DNA of 64,000 bases from Octopus sinensis (taxonomy: Eukaryota), in NCBI RefSeq assembly GCF_006345805.1, contig NC_043008.1, positions 58,900,001 to 58,964,000 of the forward strand, given 5' to 3'. Within the stretch, counting starts at the first letter, position 1. Each line of letters opens with the position of its first letter. Position numbers and translations under genes: made by a program. Shown one piece after another: positions 42,702-56,877 of this stretch. Under the pieces are notes generated by a model, which saw only the letters and a program-made list of their open reading frames with translations, was not told where the DNA came from and did no database searches.

Positions 42702-42751
42702 AAGCACGATTTATTCGTGATCAAAGTTGTTCGAAAACCGAGATGCTACTG
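41964..42751. mobile_element. Tc1/mariner (pogo/Tigger-like) MITE with 51-bp TIRs
   Basis: cagtagcatctcgattttcgaacaactctgatgtcgaataaatcgtgcttt (41964-42014) versus its reverse complement at 42701-42751 with about 4 mismatches; CAG termini; TA on the left and TG on the right. Confidence 0.75.
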
Positions 42752-43647
42752 TGTTTTCGTTTCTCATTATGTTCGACGTTTTTTTGGTGTCCTGTACCCA
42801 TATATGCATGTATATATACATGTAGAGGTAGGTACGTACATATATGTATGTATATATGCATATGTTTTATTTATTTATTTATTATATGACGGAACGCACT
42901 CATCCATTTCTAAGTAAGGTTGTTCTTAATATTAATAATGATGCGCACTCTTAACCTTCTCTCTCCCCCTCCCTTTCTCAGCCTTCATTCTTTTGGCTTT
43001 CCTTTTCTTCTATCTTACTGCCTCTCCCTCTCTCTCTCATTCTTCACTCTTTTCTCTACGACCATTCCCCTTTTTTCTCTCCCTTTCTCTTACTCCTCCT
43101 CCTCCCTCCCCTCGCGTTCACGTGATGAGATGGCTATCTCTGTCTTTCTTCTCCTGGCTTCCTCCAAGTAGAGACGGTACATCTGTTGCTCCTTGCTGTC
43201 TCAAAAAATAGCCTTCGTAAAAAAAAAAATTTGACTTAACAGCCCTTCTTGTTTGTGTTACTGTTATTCTCTCTGTCCTGTCCTTTACTGTTTATATTTT
43301 GTATTGTCATTGCTGTCCTGTTTTTGTTACCATTTTTACCCCTCCGCAAAAAAATCTCAAATTTTATTTAATTTGATTTTCGCGGGAAGGAAATTTTCAT
43401 TGAAGTCATGTATCGCCTTGACCTTCGAAACGTGGAGTAGATGAATCTAAGGCGACTGAAGAAGGGGAATTTTCCTTGTTTTGTATGTCCTGTACTCTAT
43501 TTTTTCGTTGTTTTTGTGTTTATGTTTTCGTTTCTCATTGTGTTCGACGTTTTTTTGGGTGTCCTGTACCCATATATGCATGTATATATACATGTAGAGG
43601 TAGGTACGTACATATATGTATATATGCATATGTTTTATTTATTTATT

Positions 43648-43690
<43 letters not shown>

Positions 43691-44344
43691 TGTTTTTGAC
43701 TTTTATCTGGGGCACTGCGTTGAATTTTTAGTCTAATGTATTTACGTGAGAATTAAATTTCTGAAGCCTGGTAATTTGATGAGGTGAAAATTCACAGAGA
43801 CTTAAACACAGTGAGCTGGTGTAGGGGAAAAAACTGACACAAAGATACACAACTGTACACACATACACACACACAGAATCTGCCAAAAAATTAGCAGCGG
43901 AATCAGTGTAAAATATTTGCTCCCTATTGAAGATATGAGTATGTTTGAATATATAACTTGTCCTTTAAAATTGAAGTCTATGCAGTCATCTGATGAGAAC
44001 GGTTTCTTTATAATGTTGCAATGCTTTTACTGATAAATTAAAGGAATCGTTTTAAACCGCCGTAATGAATGTTACTCATTTATATTTTACCTTGGATTTT
44101 TGACTTGGGAAATATGGAAAATATCTTTATATAAAGTACATGTCTGAACAAACAGGACCGGATTTATTCACTAAGTTAGATTGTGCTATCTGCATACCCT
44201 GGAAGAATATTACTGGTGATTGGGATTCTGCATAAAGTTTGATACTCACCTAATATTTTCTGAATGGGCGAATTAGTTCCTCCTAATAACGTGCCTCAAT
44301 TTAAATACCTAATAAAACTGAAACTAAATTACATTTATATATAT

Positions 44345-44683
44345 GTAGGGACCGCCTTCGGTCATGAATGACCATAGGATTGCACCTAGAAAGTTATCCT
44401 CCCAGGCACAAGTCCAGGCAAGGTTGTTTATGGAAAACCAGCAGTCGCCCATGCATACCGACCTCCCCTCTCCATACCACCAGTGTTATCTAAGGGAAAG
44501 GCAAAGGCCGATACAGCTTGGCACCTGTGACTTCGCAACTCATTTCTACAGCTGAGTGAACTGGAACAACGTGAAATAAAGTGTCTTTCTCAAGAACACA
44601 ACAGACAGTCCGGTCTGGGATTCGAACTCACAACCTCATAGTTGTAAGCTCGACACTCTAACCACTGAGGCATGCGCCTTCAC
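44345..44683 (-). mobile_element. SINE family B-related variant
   Basis: tRNA-like head (gagttcgaatccc B-box) plus the shared gaacaacgtgaaat body; different 3' tail. Confidence 0.75.
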
Positions 44684-44732
44684 ATTTATATATATATATA
44701 TGTGTGTGTGTGTATGTATATATGTGTATGTA

Positions 44733-44804
<72 letters not shown>

Positions 44805-44999
44805 AGTACGTATGTATGCATATATGAAATATAAACATGTAATATCACTTTAGAGTACATAATTTATAATTCAAACGTAATTTCTGAGCTATTAGAGTAA
44901 AGAAGAGATTAAGAAATAATACTTATAATTTCTTATATCTGTTTCAAGAATATCTGTGCATATAGTGCATACGTCATTGAACAAAGCTTTCTGTATAAG

Positions 45000-45560
45000 A
45001 CAACTATTCTATCTGCAAAGAGGAATAATTAAGAAATATCCAAAATAAATATATCAATAATTTATAAGTTCAATCGTCAAAGAATTAGGGAATATCCCTA
45101 GTTTGCTTCGAATCTCTTAGATCTATCGTTGAAGTTCACATTCTTAACAGGTTTTATGTAGCTATCTTGAAATCTATCTAGGTCTTTAATATGTGGTGTG
45201 TTTTTGAAAGAACTAAATCGATAATGGTCTTCGGAACGAGGGCTGGTCATGTATTTATCGAAAATATAGGACTTTTCTTTAGGCCATCTGTTTTATTGAT
45301 GAGATGATTTCATTGGAGGTAGAATATATTCTTCAGTGATGTTTGTACTTCGTGTTTTTCCATGTATTTTTTTATTCTATGTTCGTTTTTAGCGTTCATC
45401 CGATATTTAAGAATGTCGGAAGTATTTTTTCACGAATATCGAACATTGAGAGTGAGTGCTCAACAGCGCATAGGAGAAATAATTTCTTTTTGTTTATTTA
45501 TTTATCTCAAAATCATGTGCAGTCTAGTGTAGCTTCGTGTATTCTCATCCGAAATGGGGT
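45000..45560 (-). mobile_element. Probable PLE N-terminal (pre-RT) ORF relic
   Basis: Minus strand reads EDHYRFSSFKNTPHIKDLDRFQDSYIKPVKNVNFNDRSKRFE, resembling the conserved FGF.S...P...L..FE.DL...V.NI.F segment upstream of PLE RTs. Confidence 0.5.
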
Positions 45561-45678
45561 CACATAACAAAGTCCCTATATGGCATATATGGCACGCTTA
45601 CAAACTGTTGAGAGATGTCTCTTTACAGGAATCTATTTGTAGCTTTGGTCACCCCAAATGAAGTATATGTATATGTAC

Positions 45679-45727
<49 letters not shown>

Positions 45728-45862
45728 TATACATACATATAAATATATATACATGTACATATATATATACATATATATACATATATATACATATATACAC
45801 AACACACAAATATATACACACACATTATATACATATATAAATATATATGTGTGTGTGTGTCT

Positions 45863-45893
<31 letters not shown>

Positions 45894-46038
45894 CTACATA
45901 TCACCAAATTTGAGTAATGTGAAGTCGGGAAACATATGCATACATACGTACATACATACATATAAGTAGACATGCACAGACATACACACACAGGCACACA
46001 GACACATATATACACATATGTTTATATATACACACACG

Positions 46039-46105
<67 letters not shown>

Positions 46106-46821
46106 TACTTACATACATATATACATGTGTGTGTGTGTAGATAGAATGAGAAAGAAAAATAATTATTAATTTTCTCTCATAAGATGCTCATATCTCGCAT
46201 TTTCTAACTTTACGTCTTTAAGTATTTTTATCATGCCCAGGGCTGTTACACAGAATGTAAGCAATCGACACTCGACTTTTGACAGAGAATACAGATCAAC
46301 AATCTAATTCTGGCATCAGGGGAAGTAAATATCGTTGCTGATAATCCATATCTTCGATGCCGATATCTGTAAACCAACAGGCATTATATACATTGACGGT
46401 AAACCCATTTTCTTCAACTTGCGTGTATATGCTAACATCAACGCGGAGCTGACACCGTGAAAAGATATGTTATATAAAAACACACGTATGTCAAATATAT
46501 TTTATTATAGTCATGCATAATGATTATCTTCGTATTAACATTTATAACTTCGTGCACACTGAGAGATAAGTTTCTTGACTACTGTTATAATGTGAGCTCC
46601 AAAGACGGAAGATCAACCCAGAAAATATTCAATTATTTGTGCCAATGATATGCAGAATGAACAGGTCAACACTTAAAATATAATACGGTATATTGTTAAA
46701 CTTCTTTAAGTTCTGATTTCGAATTCTACTCAGCTTTGACGTTCGTCGTGTAAATCGATAAAATAAGTATCGATCAGATACTGCAACGATATAATCACTA
46801 TACTATCCCACAAAATCAAAT

Positions 46822-47230
46822 ACTCTTTCCTCTTTACTCTTTTACTTGTTCAGTCATTTGATTGTGGCCATGCTGGAGCGCCGCCTTTTAGTCGAGCAAA
46901 TCGACCCCAGGACTTATTCTTTGTAAGCCTAGTTACTTATTTTATCGGTCTCTTTTGCCGAACCGCTAAGTAACGAGGATGTAAACACACCAGCATTAGT
47001 TGTCAAGCGATGCTGGAGGAGACAAACAAAGACGCACAAACATATACACACACACACATATATATATATATATTTATATATACGACGGGCTTCTTTCAGT
47101 TTCCGTCTACCAAATCAACCCACATTGCTTTGGTTGACCCGAGGCCATAGTAAAAGACACGCAGTGGTACTGAACCCAGTACCATGTGGTTGGTAAGCAA
47201 GCTACTTACCACACAGCAACTCCTACGCCT
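46822..47230 (-). mobile_element. SINE family A, near full length
   Basis: Reverse complement of the 17064-17520 type with internal microsatellite; the 5' half has an internal deletion. Confidence 0.85.
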
Positions 47231-47574
47231 ATATTTTACTTATGTATTTTCCTTATGTGAGACATCAATGATATACAGAGTCTGAGACTTAATTTTTGGC
47301 ATTTGATTTAAATGATCATCGAATACTACTATAAGAAATACTAATTATGTCTGATCACTTTAGCTAATTTGGGCTCAGCCGTAAGACACATTAGCACATC
47401 GGGCACAATGCTCAGCAGCATTTCTTCCAACTCTTTATATTTCCCAGGTCCACCGAAGTCAACTTTGGCCTTCCTGCTTTTAAAGTAAATGAAATAAGTA
47501 CAATTGAGCACTGCGGTCTATGTAATCGAATAACCCTCAACCCATCAAATTCCAACTTTTGTGCTTATATTAGG

Positions 47575-47583
47575 AATCTTCTT

Positions 47584-47614
<31 letters not shown>

Positions 47615-47632
47615 TTATTATTATTATTATTA

Positions 47633-47679
<47 letters not shown>

Positions 47680-47944
47680 TTATTATCATTATTATTTTTA
47701 TAGCGTGCTTTCACTTCACTACCGAGCGCAGCTCTGTGTGCATTGGGTATGTGCTGTGATTTGTTGTGATGCTCTGATGGTTATTGTATGGAAAGTGTTC
47801 TGCATTATTATTATTATTATTATTATTGTTGTTATTATTATTATTATTGTTATTGTTATTGTTATTGTTATTGTTATTATTATTATTATTATTATTATCA
47901 TTATTATTATTATTATTACTATTGTTATCATCCTTCTCCTCCTC

Positions 47945-48041
<97 letters not shown>

Positions 48042-48065
48042 TATTATTATTGTGGTTGTTGTTGC
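47575..48065. repeat. Compound trinucleotide microsatellite (CTT)n/(ATT)n/(GTTATT)n
   Basis: Direct reading; explains the poly-I/L/Y ORFs. Confidence 0.95.
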
Positions 48066-48540
48066 TGCAGCCAGCTGGTAGATTCGTTAAGAGAAAATGC
48101 ATTTTATCTGTCGCTAAGTCTCAGTTCGAATTCCTCTGAGGTTGAAATTACCTTTCGTTCTTTCTGGGTCGATAGAATAAGTACCAGATAGCCTTGCCTT
48201 TATTCTGTCATAGATCGCCTTTTGCCCATCTGTCATGTCACCATTAGTTTTATTATCTATTTCCAAACAATCTATATGTCTCTCATCCAGCAAGCTACCA
48301 CTGTTCCTTTCCTGTGGTTTATTAGAGATTACACCTCTGATTTTTGCTCTGAGATCACGTTTATCAGTAGGGACTGTCTTTTCCTCATTTCTTCTGCTGC
48401 TGTTTTCCAGTAACTGATGGCGAGATCAGCAATGGCCATTCCTGTGCGATAAGGAGACAAAAGGCCTCATACCCATGGGATCAACAGAGGTGAAATGTGT
48501 TTGTTACTACTAGTGGTAGTAATGGTAGTAAAAAGATAGA

Positions 48541-48585
<45 letters not shown>

Positions 48586-49539
48586 CATACATAGATATAT
48601 ATATATATATATATATCATAAGAAGAAGTAAAGACCTAAATCATTCAAAGGGATGTTAAATATCCAAGCCTGCCGATTCAATATTGGTACAATAAATAAA
48701 TAAAGTATTTTAGAAAAAGGAAAAAAACAGAAGAGTAGACGTTACTTTATCCCAAGCTGGTATATATCCAATAAAAACTCTACAAGTTGTTTCCAAGTCT
48801 AATTAATTCAAAACAAAATGAAACACATTATGCTTTTCTTCAGGAATTCATTATTGGAATGAATGGTTTCTACCAACTAAAATATAAAGACCTTTGCAAT
48901 AGCCCAGAAATGGGCAAACAATTAAATTATGATAGAAATATATTAACAGAATGCCAAACTTGTCAAAAACAGAAAATATATATATCCACTTCAGCGTTGA
49001 TTCAAATGACATTTCATTATCTGGTTTTTATCATCATGATAATAATTCTAACTAGGTTTATAAGGTTAATAATTTAGGTCATTCTAATTACTTTTGGACA
49101 AGAATGAGATTATATGGTATATTATTCCCTTTGCCGGCGAACTATACAGTAAATTAGTTGGGGCTATTTATAAATTGTTTTTGAAACATTTTGATAAAAA
49201 AAGGTAGACACTATGAGATTTTGTATCCGAGATCCCTAAAGGTTACTTTATCGGTTTCTCGGAATTTATCCAAGATTATTCTATTAATGAGAAGAAATTA
49301 TCTGGTTCTTAACGTCGTGATAACTCAGTTAGTGTTAACGAGATCGATTCCTTAGATGCTAATGTTATTGATTTTTCCATTAGCCAGGATGTTAGTTATG
49401 GTTTTGACTGAAATATAAGTTTCAGTAATAATGACGAGGATAGCTATTTGCTTAATAATAATAATTCAATTGTTGAAGACTTGCGTAGAGGTGGAAATTT
49501 CGGTTCTAATTGTAGAAAGAAAGTAAATTGCTTATTTAG

Positions 49540-51066
<1,527 letters not shown>

Positions 51067-52676
51067 AAATAAAATCGTTTTGTGGCATTACCCTAAGTTT
51101 CACTCTCAAAGTGCTTGCCATTACGGCGTATTATCAGATCCCAAAACTTTCTGCCTTAAGGAAACAGGTTTGGGGATCTGGGGAATTCTTAATCCAATAA
51201 GTTTTGATATCTGATGACATACCTTAAAGCCTTGCGTTTTATGGACGTCAAACCCATGGTAATTCCATAAACCGGTATTAACTCTATATTATATACCGCT
51301 CTATAACTTATAGTGTGCTTGTTTTCAGATTTACGTTTCACCGAAGTTATATATATATATATATATATATATATGGATTCGTTATAGCAACCACCATCAA
51401 TGTATCACTCACAAAGTATTACTCAAACCCGAATACCATAGCAGATCACATTTACCGCAAGTGTTTTTCAATAGAATTGAACTTAAAACTGGGTAAACGT
51501 TGTGATGCGAACTTTTAAATCTAACCACCACCCAGACACATATTTTGTTGTCATTGAACATCGGTGATTTGAATAGAGAGAGAGATATTGATAGATTTTC
51601 TATTATTTATATTTTTTGTCCGTTTTTCCCCCCACTTAAAATGGAGTTGTAAAACGAATCATTTGCAAAACCAGGCGAATGTCATGTTAAGCAATGTGAC
51701 ATCGTGAATAGACTTCATAGAAGTTTCGTAGATCGCTTGTTTCCGTTTCCGGAACAATATCAATATATAAATATGATTTACAATGCACTGTTAAGGTTAT
51801 TATTTATGGTGATGTTTTTGAACATGATATTTCTAATTGTGAATCTACCATATCTTGCATTGTGTATTCAAATTACCTACACCGACACACAGTAATCTCA
51901 CCTATTCTCAAACACAAGCACACATATAGAGAAGTATAGAAATATATTACATCCATTTAAAAAGGTAAATCAACAGTTTGGCTCTCACATTGATGCATAA
52001 AATAAAGTTATGGACTAAAGAAGTACATTGCAGTAAATTTGACTTATGGCTGTTTCCGGTAGTAATTATAGGTTCACTATTGATAGGTTTACTCAATCGG
52101 TCTATTGATCTCTTGAGAAAACTTAAATGATCTAAAAAGTTAATGCTACTTTCCTAAGAGTCATTTCTGGTTTTAACAAAGCAGAACATCGAAAGAATGA
52201 TATCGATACGGTTTGGGGAATGAAGAGAAACTATAATAATTGGCATAAGTTATGTGGAAAATAGATAGATAGATATGTATGTATATAATAAAATTTTCAG
52301 TATCTAATGGAATCAAGATATTTAAATATCAAAGGCACCAAGGTAGTGTCGGGTATAGCGTGTCTGTGTACTTACAGTCCATAGGGACAACCAAGTAATC
52401 ACTAAAGTAGATACGAATTCGTCCTTCCCGTTGCGCGTACATTCACAAGTATAGACCAAATACACAAGGTATACGTAAAATCGCAGAGGAGTATACACCA
52501 GCACGTATTCCAGGGTCCAATGTAGGCTAAAGATCCAACTCAGGGAAGGTTACGAGTCTGTTGAAGTACAAATAATAATGGGTACACGTTCACGACAGCT
52601 TGTTCAGGCGTGTTTTTTTCTCTGATGAATAAAACACCTGCATGACATAAAATAACCGTTTTTCTTCAGGAGAATC

Positions 52677-52712
<36 letters not shown>

Positions 52713-52721
52713 CTATATCAA

Positions 52722-53750
52722 TACAGGGTAGAAATTATTAAATTGATAATTAATACCCGTGGTTAGCATGCGTAATAAAAGTCAGAAGACATAAATATTT
52801 TTATTATATAATAGTGTATAAAAGGTTATACACTGAGAGGAGACCACCGTATGGATTCCTTACATGCTAGAGTGAGCAGTTAAAACGCAAACCACAAAAG
52901 AGATATTCTTACATTCATCGTTGCTTGTCGGACAATTGACTGAATAAAAATCTAAGTTAACCCTATACCCACAAGCTTCGCCATTAATGATCAAATAAAT
53001 CAATTAATTAGTCAATCAGTTCATTAATTAACCATTATAGTTTCGTAATTACTGATCACCACGGATGGTTAATTAATTAATTGATTGACAAATTAATTGA
53101 TTACAAGTAACGTGCAATGTAAGAATATCTGTTTCGTGATTTGGGTTTTGACTTCCCTCTCTAGCTTGTAAGGAACCCACATGGTGGTCTCTTTTCTGTG
53201 TATAACCTCTTATACACTCTTATATTATAAAAATATTTATCTCTTCTGACTTTTATTACGCATGCTAACCACTGGTATTAATTTAATAATTTTTACTCTA
53301 TATTTATATATTTAAATATCTAAATTCTTCGGTTGGATAATATACAGTGAATATATTCACTGCTGTACTACGCTGACTCTGCTCGTTGATTGCGGAATTC
53401 GATTTGAATTATTGATGTATAAAGATGGAACTAAGTGCGCACGTCTTTACCTTGTGTTTTCGGTTCGTATTATAGTTTCACAATTATGCAATTTCCAGCG
53501 ACCTTACTGTCGAGCCACGGATGGTTTATTAATCAATTGATTGACAAATTAATTGATTTGTTTGATCATTAATGGTGAAACTCATGGGAATAGGGTTAAC
53601 TGAGACTTTTATTTATTCAATTGTCCAACAAGCAACATACAATGTCAGAATATCTATTTCATGGTTTCGGTTTTGACTGCACAGTCTAGCATGTAAGGAC
53701 TCCACATGGTGGTCTCCACTCTGTGTATAAACTCTTATACACTATTATGT
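52722..53750. repeat. One inverted plus two direct copies of a roughly 250-310-bp unit (PLE pseudo-LTR-like arrangement)
   Basis: Inverted copy about 52722-53035; direct copies about 53059-53300 (internal deletion) and 53515-53750. They share ccacggatgg, aatgtaagaatatc and ccacatggtggtctc motifs or their reverse complements; microsatellites flank both ends. Confidence 0.8.
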
Positions 53751-53782
53751 ATACATATACATATACATACATATACATATAC

Positions 53783-53819
<37 letters not shown>

Positions 53820-53822
53820 CAT

Positions 53823-53859
<37 letters not shown>

Positions 53860-53874
53860 CATACATACATACAT

Positions 53875-53921
<47 letters not shown>

Positions 53922-54326
53922 AATTTGCACGAAGTATGATGATGCTTAAAAAGCATACATCTGCTAGAAATAAGAGCTAAAGTCTTAAATTAATCCACCG
54001 TACAGCACGAAGATAACAGAGAAAAACAACGTGCGAAGAAAAAGGAGAGAATTAATACATTCAAAAGCACAAAATAAAATATTATGCAGTTTAGCACATC
54101 CACATACCCGGGTTTTGGCTTTTGGATATTTAATCCTTGAGCCTTTTCCGTATGAATCACCTAGTAACAATTCACGACCGTCACGTTAAACCCAGACAGT
54201 GCAACTGGTTTTGCTTTGCACCTATGTCACTGCTGTTGATACCATCAATTTTAAATTTTATCCATTGATGATATTAACAGTAGTGACATCTTATTTCAAA
54301 TCTTAGTGTTTGAATGTTTTGCTTAT

Positions 54327-54400
<74 letters not shown>

Positions 54401-54451
54401 CACACACACACACACACCACACACACACACACATACATATATATATATACA

Positions 54452-54515
<64 letters not shown>

Positions 54516-54516
<1 letters not shown>

Positions 54517-55036
54517 AGGCAGTGGCTCTCATGTCTTCTGATCTTAACTGATTGGAAGTGTTATCATGTATAAAAGATGGGCTACAGCAAATATTCTGCT
54601 CAATACCACGGATTTGCTTGTCAGTTGTTTGACCTTAACCAGTTGAGCATGTCCCTTAGTGGCTGACGATATGTGCATCTCTGATCAAGAGCAGAAGTAG
54701 TGGGGGAGCATCATAGCCATGTGTTGAGAGGGATTCTTTGGGGTTTGAATAATTCACCTCTGGAAACATGGGTGGTTCTTTCAACATCCTTAAACAACCC
54801 TTATTCAGGGACCTTTTGAGCGGGATGGGCTACTCAACCTGAAGAAAATTCTAACTGGGCCCCACCTGCAAGGTCATGTGCTGTTTATCTTGATATGAGA
54901 TCACCATGTCGCGCACATATGGTTGTGATGCATGTGCCTGGTGTACCCTTATCAGACGGATAGTCATGATGGGTATATTGGGCTTCGTATATTTTACCCC
55001 AGTGTCACTTTGATGGCATGCACTGCTCTCTCACTC
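54516..55036. mobile_element. About 520-bp interspersed element inserted within an (AAT)n tract
   Basis: Higher-GC unique sequence flanked by (AAT)n on both sides; no TIR or ORF; resembles a high-copy Octopus repeat from memory. Confidence 0.55.
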
Positions 55037-55183
55037 AATAATAATTATAATAGTAATAATAATAATTTGAGGGAATATTATTCCTAACTTACAGGGAAAA
55101 TTTCAATTTAGAAATACTAAATCAAATTTCACAATATATATATATATATATATCATTTTGAATTGATAAAAGGTGTTTTTTTC

Positions 55184-55218
<35 letters not shown>

Positions 55219-55300
55219 GGTCCCGGGTTGAGTCGGGGTTAACCACAGTAAATAAGGTACTCAATACATAGCAGAGTAAATTAATTTATTTTATAGAAGG

Positions 55301-55351
55301 AGCTTCTACAGGACTAGAACTGTTTCATTCAAAAGAAATCATCAGGAAGCT
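55301..55351 (-). ncRNA. Type I hammerhead ribozyme motif (minus-strand arm of palindrome)
   Basis: Minus strand reads agcttc-CTGATGA-tttcttttgaat-GAAA-cag ttctagtc ctg-TA-gaagct. Stem I is a perfect 6 bp, stem III is 3 bp plus A-U, stem II is ttc/gaa with a U-U closing pair. Confidence 0.6.
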
Positions 55352-55398
55352 TTCTGATGATTTCTTTTGAATGAAACAGTTCTAGTCCTGTAGAAGCT
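55348..55398 (+). ncRNA. Type I hammerhead ribozyme motif (plus-strand arm of palindrome)
   Basis: agcttt-CTGATGA(55354-55360)-tttcttttgaat-GAAA(55373-55376)-cagttctagtcctg-TA-gaagct. Stem I is 6 bp with one G-U. Confidence 0.55.
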
Positions 55399-55408
55399 CC
55401 TTCTATAA

Positions 55409-55445
<37 letters not shown>

Positions 55446-55464
55446 CATATATCAACACCTCATT

Positions 55465-56050
55465 ATCATCATCATCAAGTCACATTGATTGTACAGATTC
55501 CCGTGACTCACTGTCGTCATCGAATTCTATTGTCCGTCATTTTCGGCAGGTCATTGGAATTGCAGTTTACATCGTCAAAACGTTACTTGATATAGGTTCT
55601 ATCCAGTCGACCTATGCTAGCTCTTTCTTCTGTAGGCTATCACAAGAGAGCTTCAGTAATACTTTCGCCTTTAGCTCTCCAGCAATGCTTAGCGAATCTA
55701 TCTCTATGCTCTTTGATGATATCTGGTATTGGACAGAGGTCCCCATACAAGCGCTCACTGATTAGACGATCTCTCCAAGTGACATTCAAAAACTCTTAGC
55801 ATGCGAGTGTAGGCCGAATTCAATCTCGATTCTGGCTTTGAAGTAAAGTTCATGCTGGGTAGACTTGCAACTGAACAGAATTAACTCTTGCTTGAAAGAG
55901 GTTCCTTTGCATGTCGTCTGGAAGCATAGATTTCTACACTTGATATTAACTTGTCGACGGCGTGTTTACATTGCTTTCCCAGCTCAAGATTTTACTAACG
56001 AGATGAATAAATTCTTCTATACATTTGAGAGGTGTGTCAGATATTGGTTG
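55465..56050 (-). mobile_element. RTE-clade LINE 3' fragment with (TGA)n tail
   Basis: Minus strand reads TRMLRV/NVTWRDRLISERLYGDLCPIPDIIKEHRDRFAKHCWRAKGE..LL, typical of an RTE C-terminus; (tca)n tail near 55465 on the plus strand. Confidence 0.75.
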
Positions 56051-56442
56051 TTTAATTTTGATTTAAGCTTATGTATTCTCTTGCACGTTATGAGGGCCAT
56101 TACGGCAATAATAATAACAAAGGCATTGATTCAATATCTCTTCTCTATTATTAGTAAATTAGTTAAATATCTACCAAGCTAAGTAATCAATCATTTGTTT
56201 AATGTGCTGGTTAAACAAACAGTTGGTTGTTTGTTATTCATAGTTCTATCGTCGCTTTCGCGACATCTTCATTGAAAGCTCTCTCTCTTGAGCGTCTGCC
56301 CTGAATCTGTGCGAGAATTAGACCTATGCCTGTATGCATGTATAGAGATGTGTTTATTTTCATTCCCTAAGCAAACACACGTCTACATACAGGCATACAT
56401 TTCAATTGATTAACTTGCAGATGTTAAGGGATATGTATTTGA

Positions 56443-56877
56443 GGATCTTTTCGGTTTGAACGGCAGTTTTATCTAGCGTTGTCATATGAAATTGTCACCC
56501 ATAATTATGACCCTAGTATCGATCTATTGCATTTCAATCTGTTTTAGGTTTAGGATTAGAGTTAGGGTTAGTTAGGGTTAGGGATGGGGGAAAGGTATTT
56601 TTTTCTTCAGAAATGTAAATAAACCCAATCTATTGCTTAAACGAGGGACATATTCATACGGCACAGAATGTTTTCGCTTCAATAAATGTCATTGATTGGT
56701 TGAAATTGCAGAATTTGAAGAAGAGAAAAACAAATATCTTACAAACTATAGAATTTTCTCTATAAAGCCAAGAGAAAAAGATGTTTTATAAACACATTCT
56801 ACCAGTATACGAAGTTTAAAAGTGTTTAGTAAAGTGGAAATTATTTTAAAAAACTGCCGGTCAAACCGAAAAGATCC
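56443..56877. mobile_element. 435-bp non-autonomous DNA transposon (MITE) with 28-bp TIRs and 8-bp TSD; GG termini suggest Merlin-like
   Basis: TIR ggatcttttcggtttgaacggcagtttt (56443-56470) versus 56850-56877 with 1 mismatch; gtatttga duplicated at 56435-56442 and 56878-56885; internal ttagggttagttagggttaggg. Confidence 0.88.

Larger units (their letters stand above)
55286..55413. repeat. 128-bp near-perfect palindrome with no loop, centred on aagctt
   Basis: Symmetric about 55349/55350 with one mismatch (55346 g vs 55353 t); followed by (TA)n. Confidence 0.92.

Noticed and set aside
48787-49077. ILTECQTCQK as an integrase zinc-binding motif
   Set aside because: The upstream His residues and the DDE core were not seen.
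56555-56590. TTAGGG motifs as an interstitial telomere
   Set aside because: Only a few imperfect units, and they lie inside a TIR/TSD-bounded MITE.
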